64,000 nucleotides of DNA from Syntrophales bacterium (GTDB lineage Bacteria; Desulfobacterota; Syntrophia; Syntrophales; UBA6807). Positions within the stretch are counted from its first letter, which is position 1, and each line of letters starts with the position of its first letter. Positions 38,865 to 47,992 of this stretch are shown in pieces. Both the position numbers and the translations under genes were made by a program. The notes under the pieces are model-generated. The model was not told the origin of the DNA and ran no database searches. It saw nothing but the letters and a program-made list of their open reading frames with translations. The stretch spans positions 864,001-928,000 of the forward strand of contig JAXGPA010000001.1 in assembly GCA_040767195.1 (NCBI GenBank), read 5' to 3'.

Positions 38865-39593
38865 ATGAAAAAACCATCCCAAAAAGCCCCCTTCGGCATC
38901 CTGATCGTGGATGACGAGAAAGACCTGGTCGATCTCGTGGCTTACAACCTGGAAAGGGAAGGTTACGCCGTCCTCAAGGCCTACGACGGCGAAGAAGCCC
39001 TCGACATCATCCGGTCCCGGAAGCCCGATCTCGTTCTTCTCGATCTCATGCTTCCAGGAATCCAGGGCCTGGAAATCTGCCGGATTGTCCGGAGCACCCC
39101 CGAAACGGCGGCTCTTCCCATCATCATGCTCACCGCCAGGGGCGAGGAGACGGACAAGGTCATCGGTCTCGAAATGGGTGCCGACGACTACGTCGCCAAG
39201 CCCTTCAGTGTCCGGGAACTCCTGGCCCGGGTGAGGGCGGTCCTTCGCCGTTACGACATGGCCCAGGAGAAGGAAAGGCCCAAAATGATCCGGCACGGAG
39301 AGCTCCACATCGACCACGACGCCCACGAGGTGACCTTGGGGGACCGGAAAATCACCTTGAGCCCCACGGAATTCCGCCTCCTGTGGTTTCTCGCCCGGAA
39401 CCCCGGGAGGGTCTTTACCCGTGAGATGCTTCTCGACCGCGTCTGGGGCGATGATACCTTCGTGGAACCGAGAACGGTGGACGTCCACGTCCGCAGGCTC
39501 CGCTCCCAGATCGAACCGGACCTGTCAGCCCCCCGCTTCGTCCTCACCGTCCGGGGCGTCGGCTACAAGTTCGCCGGGGCCGACGAGACCTGA
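38865..39593 (+). CDS. phoB: OmpR-family response regulator PhoB
   Basis: VDDE, LDLMLP, MLTA, GADDY..KPF, winged-helix RTVDVHVRRLR, TVRGVGY; within the pst operon. Confidence 0.9.
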   Translation: MKKPSQKAPFGILIVDDEKDLVDLVAYNLEREGYAVLKAYDGEEALDIIRSRKPDLVLLDLMLPGIQGLEICRIVRSTPETAALPIIMLTARGEETDKVIGLEMGADDYVAKPFSVRELLARVRAVLRRYDMAQEKERPKMIRHGELHIDHDAHEVTLGDRKITLSPTEFRLLWFLARNPGRVFTREMLLDRVWGDDTFVEPRTVDVHVRRLRSQIEPDLSAPRFVLTVRGVGYKFAGADET

Positions 39594-39768
39594 AAACCCG
39601 ACCTTCCGGCCGCGAAAAACCTTTTACTGTTGTTGGATTCAAGCGTTTCGGATTCCGCCCCGTGACAGAAGACGGGCCAGAACCGTCGGCTGCGAGAGCA
39701 TGATGCCGGTCAGCAATCCTGCAAATACCGTTTCCCCATTTCCCGCGGCAGGGATTCATGAGTCGCCC

Positions 39769-40149
39769 TTATTTTTTTGAAAAATACTTTACCTGACGCA
39801 TACCCTCAAAATCCGAATCCTGGGTCCACAAGGTGGCGTTGAATTCCCGCGCCGTCGCGAGAATGATGGCATCCGCCATGGGAAGATCGTATTCCAGGCT
39901 CACTCTAGAAGCGGCGATTGCCAACGATGGGTTCAGATCCACAACCGAACCTTTCTGCATGGCGGCAACGGCCTGCAGTGCCTCATTCTCGCCGGATTCC
40001 CTGAGAATGACCTTGAAGACCTCGTATATCGTCACCGTCGGGACAACGAGCGCGTCCGAATCGCTGAGCGGGAGAAGGAAATGCCCGGCATTGGGTTCAT
40101 CGGCGAAGTATGCTAGCCAGCCGGAAGAATCGACAATATTCATATTCAT
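39769..40149 (-). CDS. vapC: PIN-domain toxin (VapC family)
   Basis: VDSSGW, VP...IYEV.K, L.MAD.IILATA, TQD.DF. Confidence 0.9.
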   Translation of the reverse strand: MNMNIVDSSGWLAYFADEPNAGHFLLPLSDSDALVVPTVTIYEVFKVILRESGENEALQAVAAMQKGSVVDLNPSLAIAASRVSLEYDLPMADAIILATAREFNATLWTQDSDFEGMRQVKYFSKK

Positions 40150-40352
40150 ATTCGATCCTTCTCTCGCTTGAATTCCGTATCGATGCCCTTGAGAAATCCC
40201 CGGAGTTCCTTGATATCCTTTTCCGGTATCAATTCAATACGTCCCGCATATTCGATAACCTGCATTTTTTGACCTGGACGAAGATTCAATGCCTCCCGGA
40301 TGGTTTTAGGTATAACGACCTGATATTTCGGTGATACGGTTACCGTTTGCAT
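40146..40352 (-). CDS. AbrB/MazE/SpoVT family antitoxin
   Basis: VS.KYQVVIPK.IRE.L.L.PG; ATGA overlap with the PIN toxin; GGAGG RBS. Confidence 0.9.
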   Translation of the reverse strand: MQTVTVSPKYQVVIPKTIREALNLRPGQKMQVIEYAGRIELIPEKDIKELRGFLKGIDTEFKREKDRI

Positions 40353-40363
40353 ACAATACCTCC

Positions 40364-40411
40364 ATCGATAACTATTCGTATTACGATATTACAATCGATA
40401 GGTTTTGTCAA
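40364..40411 (-). promoter_or_regulatory. TA-module promoter with palindromic operator
   Basis: Minus-strand TTGACA(40411)-N17-TATCGT; ATCGAT palindromes at 40364 and 40394 flank TCGTA-T-TACGA (40376-40386). Confidence 0.65.
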
Positions 40412-40449
40412 TCACGCTGACTTCTTTTATGGGATTCTATCCGAAACGG

Positions 40450-41211
40450 TCAATCCTTTGCTCTCCCCACGGGGGCGATGTAGATGGTGAACTCCTCCTC
40501 CCCGTCCAGGCGAAGGAGACGGTCCATGGCGTCCTGGTCGTAGGCGGCCACGGCACAGGTTCCCGCGCCGATGGCCTCGCAGGCCAGGTAGAGGTTCTGG
40601 CAGACGTGGCCCGCGTCGAGAGCCAGGACCTTGTAGGAGGCCGCCCCGTAGCGCCACTCCATCCGGTAGGGGATGACCGTCCAGATGAAGGTCACCGCCG
40701 CCCGCCGGGGGTAGGGCTGGCCGTACAGGGCCTCCACGAGTTTCTGGCCGGCGTTTTCCTCCCGGAATTCCAGCAAAAGCTGGTGCTCCAGGGGCAGGAA
40801 GCGGTAGAAGGCCGGCTCCAGGCCGGCCACGTCGAGGACGCACAGGTAGGTCTCAAAGGCGTGGCGGCATCCCGCCGACGGCACGGTGCGGTAGGCGTGA
40901 CCGGCATCGAGGACCTGGCGGATGCCCTGTGTGGCCCACAGGAGAAAGGAGAGCTCGTCGAGGGTGAGAGGATCCTTTCTGTAAAGACGCCGGCTCTGCC
41001 TTCCCGCGATGGCCTGCGCAAGGTCGATGTTTCCGACTCCTTTCCAGGCACCGGGTTTCGGGAGACTCGCCGGGGTCGCCCTTTCTGGAAAGGGCTTTTC
41101 GACGGGAGGCGGGGGGAGGCCCCGGTTCTGGTCCGTCTTCCGGAAGTCCACCTTTTTCCGGACGCCGTCCTTGAGAAAGGACCGATACGTCTTTATGAGA
41201 TCTTTTTCCAT
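40450..41211 (-). CDS. SagB/ThcOx-like nitroreductase family protein
   Basis: R.SRR.Y, ELS.LLWATQG, RTVPSAG.RH..E.Y, WRY....Y....LDAGH..QNLYLA. Confidence 0.9.
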   Translation of the reverse strand: MEKDLIKTYRSFLKDGVRKKVDFRKTDQNRGLPPPPVEKPFPERATPASLPKPGAWKGVGNIDLAQAIAGRQSRRLYRKDPLTLDELSFLLWATQGIRQVLDAGHAYRTVPSAGCRHAFETYLCVLDVAGLEPAFYRFLPLEHQLLLEFREENAGQKLVEALYGQPYPRRAAVTFIWTVIPYRMEWRYGAASYKVLALDAGHVCQNLYLACEAIGAGTCAVAAYDQDAMDRLLRLDGEEEFTIYIAPVGRAKD

Positions 41212-41454
41212 GGTTCCTCCCTCCTGGTTTTCCGCAGCCGGTTTTTATGGTGTCTTCGGTAACATCCCTCCCGGGAATGGATCGCCGCCTGTCCATGACG
41301 GGTTGGTTCACTTTAGGACGCCCGGAGGAAGGTTGTCAATCCCTGCCGTTTTCCGCCGGGAAAAACACGGGGTGACAAATCCTCTTTTTTTCTGTAAAAA
41401 AAGCCCAAGGACTCCGGGATGTCCTTCCGGAGGATTCATTCAGGGGAAAGAATT

Positions 41455-43686
41455 GTGAGCACTCGGAACGTTTCCTCTCTTCAGGGAAAGAACATGGCCG
41501 GGAACGTCTTCGCCGGATTTCTCTCGGGCATCATGACCCTCATCGGGGGCATCTCCTACGCCGCCTTAATTTTTTCAGGGATTCTGTCAGGATACCTGGA
41601 AATCGGTATCGGAAGCGCTCTCATCAGCGCCACCATCATCGGCGGTCTCATGGCCTGGAGAAGCTCTTCCCCCATCGTCATCGCCGGTCCCGATGCCAAC
41701 ATATCGGCCATTCTGGCCCTGCTGACGGCTTCCATTCTCTCGAATCTCGCCGCCGACGCCCCCCGGGAGACCGTTTTCTCCACCGTGTGGGCGGTCATCG
41801 CCGCCAGCACCCTCGCCTGCGGCTTCTTTCTTTACATGGTCGGTCGTTTTCGCCTGGGACGATGGATCCGGTTCATCCCCTATCCCGTTGTGGGAGGGTT
41901 TCTCGCCGGCACGGGATGGCTGCTCATCCGGGGGGCTTTCAAGGTCATGAGCGGTGTTCCCCTGACCCTTTCGGATATTCCCGCGCTCCTTCAGAAAGAC
42001 GTCTTTCATCACTGGCTTCCCGGGGTTCTGTTCGCCCTCCTGCTACTGGCCGCCGTCTCGCGCTGGAAAAGTTTCCTCGTCATGCCCTCCCTGGTCATTG
42101 CAGCCATCGCCGCGACCCACGGGATTCTCTTCACCTCGGGCATACCCGTTGCGGAGGCCGCCCGGGAAGGCTGGCTTCTGTCGCCTCTTCCGTCGAACCT
42201 GTTCTTCCACACCTTTCAATCCCTCGATCCCGGGCGGATCGACATCGCCTTCAGCTTCCGTGACTCGGGAAACGTCATCGCCCTTCTGCTCATCGCGGCC
42301 ATCGTTATTCTCCTCAACTCGGCGAGCGTCGAAATCTCCACGGAAAAGGAAATGAACCTGGACCGGGAACTGAAAATGACGGGGCTTTCCAACGTGGCCG
42401 CCGCCCCCTTCGGCGGGATGGTGGGTTGCATCGCCCTCAGCCGGACGCTCATGAACTGGAGCGCCGGGGCCGACTCCCGCCTGTCCGGCATCGTGGCGGC
42501 CCTGACGTGCGGCATGATTCTCTTTGCCGGGGCGCCCCTTCTGTCCTTTCTGCCCCGGCCCGTTCTCGGGGGACTTCTTCTCTATATCGGCCTGGTCCTT
42601 TTTCTCGAGTGGGTGTACCGTGGATGGTACCGTTTCTCCCGGTTCGACTATTTCCTTGTCCTCGCCATCGTCGTCATCATCGCTTTCCGGGGCTTTCTTC
42701 CCGGCGTGGCCCTGGGGCTCGTGGTGGCCTGCCTGCTCTTCGCCTTCCACTACAGCCGCATCCCCATCATCAAGCACGAACTTTCCGGCGTGTCCTTCCG
42801 GAGCAACGTGGAACGGTCCCAGCACCAGCAGTCCCTTCTCAAGGAAAAAGGGAACAGCATGCACATCCTCCACCTCCAGGGATTCATTTTCTTCGGGTCT
42901 GCCTACCCGCTCCTCCTGGACCTGAAAGACCGGATGGAACGGACCGATCCCGCCCCCCTGAAATACCTGCTCATCGACTTCGGCAAGGTGAGTGGTCTCG
43001 ATTCCTCCTCCATTCACATCTTTTCCCGGATCCGTCAGGTGGCGGAAGAAAACGGCGTTCGGCTCATTTTTTCCCGTCTCAACCCCCGGAACGAGCATCT
43101 TCTCAAGTCGGCGGGCGGCATCGCCCCCGTCAGAAACGAAAAGGGGGGGGCTTCCATCCTCGTCTTTCCAGACCTCGATTACGCCATGGACTGGTGCGAA
43201 GAGGAGATCCTTCGGGAGGCCGGTGTCGAAACGGAAGAACCGGGCGCCACCCTGGAGGACCATTTCGAAGAACTCTTCGAGAAGAAAGGCCTGTGGGCCC
43301 ACTTCCGGACATACCTGGACAAGATGGACATGGAAAAGGGATCGGTCATCTTCCGCCAGGGGGAAGAGGCCGACGACATGATTTTCGTCGAATCGGGGGA
43401 GGTCACGGCCTTTCTGGAGTTGGATAACGGGGGACGGAAACGCCTGCGCACCATGGGGGCGGGCACGGTGGTGGGGGAAATGGGGCTCTATCTCGACACG
43501 CCCCGATCCGCCACGGTAGTCACCGAGAAGCCTGGCGTTCTCTACCGCCTGACCCTGAAAAATTTTCGAAAAATGGAACAGGAGAACAGCCCGCTGGCCG
43601 CCCTGGTCCACCAGTTCGTCATCCGCCTTCTCGCTCGCCGGCTCGCCCACGCCAACGTCGAGATCGAGCATCTGCTCCGGGAGTGA
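41455..43686 (+). CDS. SulP family anion transporter with STAS and cNMP-binding domains
   Basis: R.IPYPVVGGFLAG.G, LQG.IFFG and D...V.GLD.S (STAS), GTVVGEMG...PRSAT (cNMP). Start uncertain (41419/41455/41494). Confidence 0.9.
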   Translation: MSTRNVSSLQGKNMAGNVFAGFLSGIMTLIGGISYAALIFSGILSGYLEIGIGSALISATIIGGLMAWRSSSPIVIAGPDANISAILALLTASILSNLAADAPRETVFSTVWAVIAASTLACGFFLYMVGRFRLGRWIRFIPYPVVGGFLAGTGWLLIRGAFKVMSGVPLTLSDIPALLQKDVFHHWLPGVLFALLLLAAVSRWKSFLVMPSLVIAAIAATHGILFTSGIPVAEAAREGWLLSPLPSNLFFHTFQSLDPGRIDIAFSFRDSGNVIALLLIAAIVILLNSASVEISTEKEMNLDRELKMTGLSNVAAAPFGGMVGCIALSRTLMNWSAGADSRLSGIVAALTCGMILFAGAPLLSFLPRPVLGGLLLYIGLVLFLEWVYRGWYRFSRFDYFLVLAIVVIIAFRGFLPGVALGLVVACLLFAFHYSRIPIIKHELSGVSFRSNVERSQHQQSLLKEKGNSMHILHLQGFIFFGSAYPLLLDLKDRMERTDPAPLKYLLIDFGKVSGLDSSSIHIFSRIRQVAEENGVRLIFSRLNPRNEHLLKSAGGIAPVRNEKGGASILVFPDLDYAMDWCEEEILREAGVETEEPGATLEDHFEELFEKKGLWAHFRTYLDKMDMEKGSVIFRQGEEADDMIFVESGEVTAFLELDNGGRKRLRTMGAGTVVGEMGLYLDTPRSATVVTEKPGVLYRLTLKNFRKMEQENSPLAALVHQFVIRLLARRLAHANVEIEHLLRE

Positions 43687-43907
43687 CCGCTACGGAAACC
43701 CCGCCTTTTCACCAGGAACCTCCCGGCTGATGCGTCCCTGGCCGCCTGACGTTCGTGAATCGCTGAAGACGGCTGCAAACAGGACGGCAAAACCTATCTT
43801 TTGCGGCAGGATTCGGCGCCTTGCGAAGAATCGCTTTTTAGGTTACTAATACGGGAAATTAACGAGATTGACTCGGCTTTTCACGAAACGGCCGAAGGAG
43901 GACAGGC

Positions 43908-44561
43908 ATGATGGATAGAAGGTTATTTTGCGCCGTTATCGTTTTTTTCATGGCATCGGCCGTTCTTGGCGGTTGCCAGACCACGTACTACGCCGTCTGG
44001 GAAAAATTAGGCAAGGAAAAGCGGCACCTTCTCCGCGACAACGTGGCGGCGGCAAGCGAAGAACAGAAGGAGGCCTCGGAAACATTCAAGGACGTTTTGA
44101 CCCGGATGAAGGAGATGTACGGGTTCCAGGGCGGGGACTTGGAAGAGGTGTACGAGAACCTCCGGGCCGACTACGAGGAAAGCGAGGAAAGAGCCAACGC
44201 CGTTCACAAGCGGGTCGCCATGGTGGAACAGATCGCGGCGGATCTTTTCCGGGAATGGCAGGGCGAAATCAACGAAATGAAAAGCCAGAAGCTCAAAAGC
44301 CAGAGCGCCCAGTCCCTGCGGGAGGCGAAAAGGCAGTATGCCAAGCTTCACGACACCATGGTTAAAGCCGAATCGAGAATGGACCCCGTTCTGGCGCAGC
44401 TGAAGGACAACGTTCTTTACCTGAAGCACAATCTGAACGCCCAGTCCATCGGAGCCCTGAAAAAGGAAGCGGGGAGCATCCAGGTCGAAATCGACAGGCT
44501 CATCAAGGATATGCAGGCTTCCATCGCGGAGGCGGACACCTTTCTGAAGACCTTTAAATAA
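43908..44561 (+). CDS. DUF2959 family lipoprotein
   Basis: Lipobox LGGC; YY...EK.G.EKR.LL, A.DLF.EW..E, DNVLYLKHNLNA..IG.L. Confidence 0.85.
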   Translation: MMDRRLFCAVIVFFMASAVLGGCQTTYYAVWEKLGKEKRHLLRDNVAAASEEQKEASETFKDVLTRMKEMYGFQGGDLEEVYENLRADYEESEERANAVHKRVAMVEQIAADLFREWQGEINEMKSQKLKSQSAQSLREAKRQYAKLHDTMVKAESRMDPVLAQLKDNVLYLKHNLNAQSIGALKKEAGSIQVEIDRLIKDMQASIAEADTFLKTFK

Positions 44562-44564
44562 ATT

Positions 44565-45110
44565 ATGACACGTTTCATGGCCCTATACGCTGTCCTTCTG
44601 TTCCTGGCCTGCTCAACGGCGCCGGAACTTCCCGAACTGGTGACGGTTTCCCATGTGGACCTGCGGCAATACCTTGGAAAATGGTATGAAATCGCACGCC
44701 TGCCGGCGTGGTTTCAGAAAGGGTGCCTTCAATCCACGGCAACCTACGGTCTCGACGAATCCGGCCAAATCACCGTTCTGAATGAATGCCTGATGAAAGA
44801 CGGAACAAGAAAAAGCGCCTCCGGGCGCGCCTCCATTGTGGACCGTCAAAGCCAGGCGAAGCTCGAGGTTGTTTTCGACAACTGGTTCTCCCGGATATTT
44901 CCCGGCCTCGTCAAAGGGAAGTACTGGATCCTCTACGTCGATCCCGGTTATCGGAACGCCGTGGTGGGAACGCCGGACAGAAAATACCTGTGGTTTCTGT
45001 CCCGGAACCGGACGGTCGAGGACGCAACGTACGCGGAACTTGTCCGCTTCGCCGAAAGCAGGGGATTTGAGACGGATCGACTGATCCGGGCTGAGGAAGC
45101 GGGTATTTGA
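44565..45110 (+). CDS. Bacterial lipocalin (Blc-like) lipoprotein
   Basis: Lipobox FLAC; VD..QYLGKWYEIAR, YWIL..D..Y, YLW.LSR. Confidence 0.92.
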   Translation: MTRFMALYAVLLFLACSTAPELPELVTVSHVDLRQYLGKWYEIARLPAWFQKGCLQSTATYGLDESGQITVLNECLMKDGTRKSASGRASIVDRQSQAKLEVVFDNWFSRIFPGLVKGKYWILYVDPGYRNAVVGTPDRKYLWFLSRNRTVEDATYAELVRFAESRGFETDRLIRAEEAGI

Positions 45111-45169
45111 GAACGCGCGAACGGGAAAAGACAGGGGCCCTGCAAGAAAAACAAAGGAGGTTCTGTTTA

Positions 45170-45742
45170 ATGCCTGAAAACACATGGCAGAAAAAAAATG
45201 GGGCGGTCTGCCTTCTCTTGCTGCTCCTTTTAACAATCGCCCCGCCGTCCGTTGCCCTGTCCGCAACGGCCCGGGAAATCGACGTCAGCGTGGACGTCAC
45301 CCTGGAGCGCTTTGAGAAAGAAGTGAACGGCGGCAAGGAATTCCTCGAAAGCGCCAAAGGGGTTCTCGTCTTCCCGAAGGTCGTCAAGGCGGGGTTCGGC
45401 GTAGGCGGGGAATACGGCGAGGGGGCCTTGCGGATCGGCGGGAAAACGGTGGACTATTACAACACCGTGTCCGCCTCCATCGGGTTCCAGCTCGGGGCAC
45501 AGGTCAAATCGATCATCCTGGTTTTCATGACCGACGAGTCGCTCCGCAAATTCAGGCTCAGCCCCGGCTGGGAAGTCGGCGTAGACGGGTCCGTCGCCCT
45601 GGTGAAAATCGGCGCCGGCGGGACCATCGACACGACGACGATCAAGGAACCCATCGTCGCCTTCGTGTTCGGCCAGAAGGGGCTCATGTACAACCTGACC
45701 CTGGAGGGATCGAAATTCACCAAGCTGGAAAAGAAGGAATAG
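45170..45742 (+). CDS. YSC84/SYLF-domain lipid-binding protein
   Basis: GGAGG RBS, signal peptide, AKGVLVFP.V.KAG...GG.YG.G, S.GFQ.G, KGLM...L.G.K. Confidence 0.85.
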   Translation: MPENTWQKKNGAVCLLLLLLLTIAPPSVALSATAREIDVSVDVTLERFEKEVNGGKEFLESAKGVLVFPKVVKAGFGVGGEYGEGALRIGGKTVDYYNTVSASIGFQLGAQVKSIILVFMTDESLRKFRLSPGWEVGVDGSVALVKIGAGGTIDTTTIKEPIVAFVFGQKGLMYNLTLEGSKFTKLEKKE

Positions 45743-45758
45743 GGAAGAGAAGAGGGTG

Positions 45759-45794
45759 AGCCCGGGGATCCTCGGTAAACGGAAACCCCGGGCT
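45759..45794. terminator. Hairpin between convergent SYLF and dfx genes
   Basis: AGCCCGGGG...CCCCGGGCT inverted repeat; weak U-tracts. Confidence 0.5.
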
Positions 45795-45816
45795 TGAATT
45801 CACGGAAAGAGGCTGG

Positions 45817-46191
45817 TTACGCTTTCCACAAACCGTGGATGTTACAGTATTCCCGGGCCTGACCACCGGCCGCGGCGGAAGGGAAGACCGCTTCCGGGGC
45901 CTCGCCGGGCTTGAGAAACCGCCGGTAAACCGTTTCTCCGGTCACCATCTCGATCCACTCGATGTAGTGCTTTTCTTCCATGGGATGAGGGTCGCTTCCG
46001 ACCTTCACCTTCACGGCGTTTTCCGCTTTTTCCACAACCGGGACATGTTTCTCCTGGGCTGCGTCAACGGTGTTCTCCCTGAAAAGCCTCATGGGCTGAT
46101 TGCAGCAGACGAGCTCGCCCTTGCCGGCGTGAAGCATCTCGACAATATTGCCGCAGACATCGCATTTGTACACTTCAAGACGTTTCGTCAT
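45817..46191 (-). CDS. dfx: Desulfoferrodoxin (superoxide reductase)
   Basis: YKC..CGN.V, L.CC..PM, EKHVP, HPM...HYIEWI, YCN.HGLW. Confidence 0.96.
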   Translation of the reverse strand: MTKRLEVYKCDVCGNIVEMLHAGKGELVCCNQPMRLFRENTVDAAQEKHVPVVEKAENAVKVKVGSDPHPMEEKHYIEWIEMVTGETVYRRFLKPGEAPEAVFPSAAAGGQAREYCNIHGLWKA

Positions 46192-46203
46192 GAATGACCC
46201 CCC

Positions 46204-46689
46204 TCAACCCTTTCGGTATTTCTCCTTCATTTTGGACAGCAGGGAGAAATGCCTCCTTTCTTCATCAATCACGGCGTCAACGGCGGCGTGCTGATCCTTG
46301 GAAATGAAATTCTTGAGTTCATGATAGTACAAGATGGAATCGAGTTCCCGGCGGATGGCGAAATCCAGTGCCGAAGGCGTGTCCTTGACACCCGCCAGTT
46401 CCCTGTCCATCACCTCTTTTTTGAAGATGATGTTGTTGTCCGCGTAATTTTTCAAATAGGCGGCATACTCGCCGGGGAAACTCTCCGGAGGGTCCACCCG
46501 GTCGACCCCGGAAAGCATGCGGCTGTAAATGGCCTTGTGCTTGTCTTCCTCGACGGCCAGCTTGGCGAACATCTCCTTGGCGTCCTCTTCCGGCGCGATC
46601 TGTACGGCATATCGATAAAAATTCGCTCCGTTTTCCTCTATTCTCATAGCAATCTGGAGGACATCCCCCGCTTCGACCAGGACACTCAT
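46204..46689 (-). CDS. Ferritin-like / rubrerythrin-family di-iron protein
   Basis: A..IE..G..FY, EE.KH, A..RE.DSILYY, EE..H. Confidence 0.88.
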   Translation of the reverse strand: MSVLVEAGDVLQIAMRIEENGANFYRYAVQIAPEEDAKEMFAKLAVEEDKHKAIYSRMLSGVDRVDPPESFPGEYAAYLKNYADNNIIFKKEVMDRELAGVKDTPSALDFAIRRELDSILYYHELKNFISKDQHAAVDAVIDEERRHFSLLSKMKEKYRKG

Positions 46690-46738
46690 AAACGACCTCC
46701 TTCGTTCTTATTCTGCGCTTGGCGAATACGTGTTTATT

Positions 46739-46767
46739 AATCTATGTCCCGTTACCGGGAATGTCAA
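46739..46767 (-). promoter_or_regulatory. Sigma70-type promoter of ferritin-like/dfx genes with palindromic spacer
   Basis: TTGACA-N17-TAGATT on the minus strand; spacer contains TCCCG-GTAA-CGGGA. Confidence 0.7.
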
Positions 46768-46807
46768 TGAAAAGCAAGGCAATTCGACGATTCACCCCCC
46801 CGGCTTT

Positions 46808-47329
46808 TTACCCGTTCCCCTCACCCCTGTACGTGGGAGCCCTTTTCGGTGATTTTCCTCCCTTGACCCGGTGATAGTGATCATAGGTCATGGGGTTTCC
46901 CCCGGCCAGCATTTTACCGGCCTCCACCAGCCCTATGAAAAGGGTGTGGGTGCCGCAGTCGAAGCGGCCGACGATTCTTCCCTCCATACAGGCAACGGCG
47001 TTGTCCAGAACGACGGGAGCTCCCGTCACCCCCCTTTCCCAGTGAACGCCCTCGAACTTGTCGAAATCACGGCCGCACCGGAACCCGAAATTTCCAATGA
47101 AGGCCATGGGCGTTTCCTCGGACAGGACGGAAACGGCGAACACCCCGTATTTTTCGAGATATTCGTGGGTCAGGTTTTTCTTGTTGATGCTCAAGGCGAC
47201 CTGGGGCGGTGTCGCGGTCACCTGGAACACGGCATTGGCCACCTGGCCGTTTCTTTTTTCCCCGTCACCGGCCGTGACCACGTAGAGGCCGTACGTGAGT
47301 TGATGCAGGGCTTTTGAATCCAGTTTCAT
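46808..47329 (-). CDS. Flavin reductase family protein
   Basis: L.YGLYVVT, NGQ.AN..FQ, NK.NLTH, FGF..GR..DKF, GTHT.F.G, PMTY..YH..KGG. Confidence 0.88.
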   Translation of the reverse strand: MKLDSKALHQLTYGLYVVTAGDGEKRNGQVANAVFQVTATPPQVALSINKKNLTHEYLEKYGVFAVSVLSEETPMAFIGNFGFRCGRDFDKFEGVHWERGVTGAPVVLDNAVACMEGRIVGRFDCGTHTLFIGLVEAGKMLAGGNPMTYDHYHRVKGGKSPKRAPTYRGEGNG

Positions 47330-47375
47330 GTTCCTCCCCCGGAACGGCCCGCAGACATTTCGGGTTCTTTGACCT

Positions 47376-47849
47376 TCAGCGACCCTCGTATCGGGTCCAG
47401 GTGTTGGAACGGGGCGGGAACACCACGGCCTGAAAGTCCCCCGCCACTTTCACCCGCGTCCGGGCCTCCATGAGAGAGTACCAGATGCCCAGGGGATATT
47501 TCCTGTTGTCAACGATGACGAACCCCTGGAGGGGCAGGATAAGAACGGAGGCCCTCTGGCGCATGTTTTCGACGATCTCCCCCAGTGTTTCGGGGGTGAA
47601 GTCCCGCTTCTTCCAGACATCCGTCACGAGGGTCCAGTCCTCGTTAATGCCGATGATCGCGTTGGGAAATTCATCCGGGCCGCTCGTGTAATAAACAAAG
47701 CCTGGCTTGACTTCGTGTTTTTCGAAGGCCTCCGTCACCTCGTCACTGGGCAGGATCTGGCCGTAGTTGGCGCTCAGGTAGCGCCCGTAGAGGAAAATTA
47801 ACGCCCCGACGATGACGCCCAGAAGGATGAAGAGAGAAAGGGGATCCAT
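47376..47849 (-). CDS. Hypothetical membrane-anchored protein
   Basis: AGGAGG RBS before ATG 47849; single N-terminal TM segment. Confidence 0.65.
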   Translation of the reverse strand: MDPLSLFILLGVIVGALIFLYGRYLSANYGQILPSDEVTEAFEKHEVKPGFVYYTSGPDEFPNAIIGINEDWTLVTDVWKKRDFTPETLGEIVENMRQRASVLILPLQGFVIVDNRKYPLGIWYSLMEARTRVKVAGDFQAVVFPPRSNTWTRYEGR

Positions 47850-47992
47850 AAAGCCTCCTTCGTTTTTTTTTCCTTGTCCCATTGGACCGGGTTCCTCCCG
47901 CAGAATTTCCATCGACACTCATTAAAATACCGCCGGCGGCTTCACGAATCGCTGTTGAAAAGTGCGTTTTCCTGATTCGGAAACTCTTTTCA

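Noticed and set aside
40450..41211. SagB/ThcOx gene as a sign of a thiazole/oxazole RiPP cluster
   Set aside because: No YcaO, E1-like protein or precursor peptide nearby; stand-alone members are common nitroreductases
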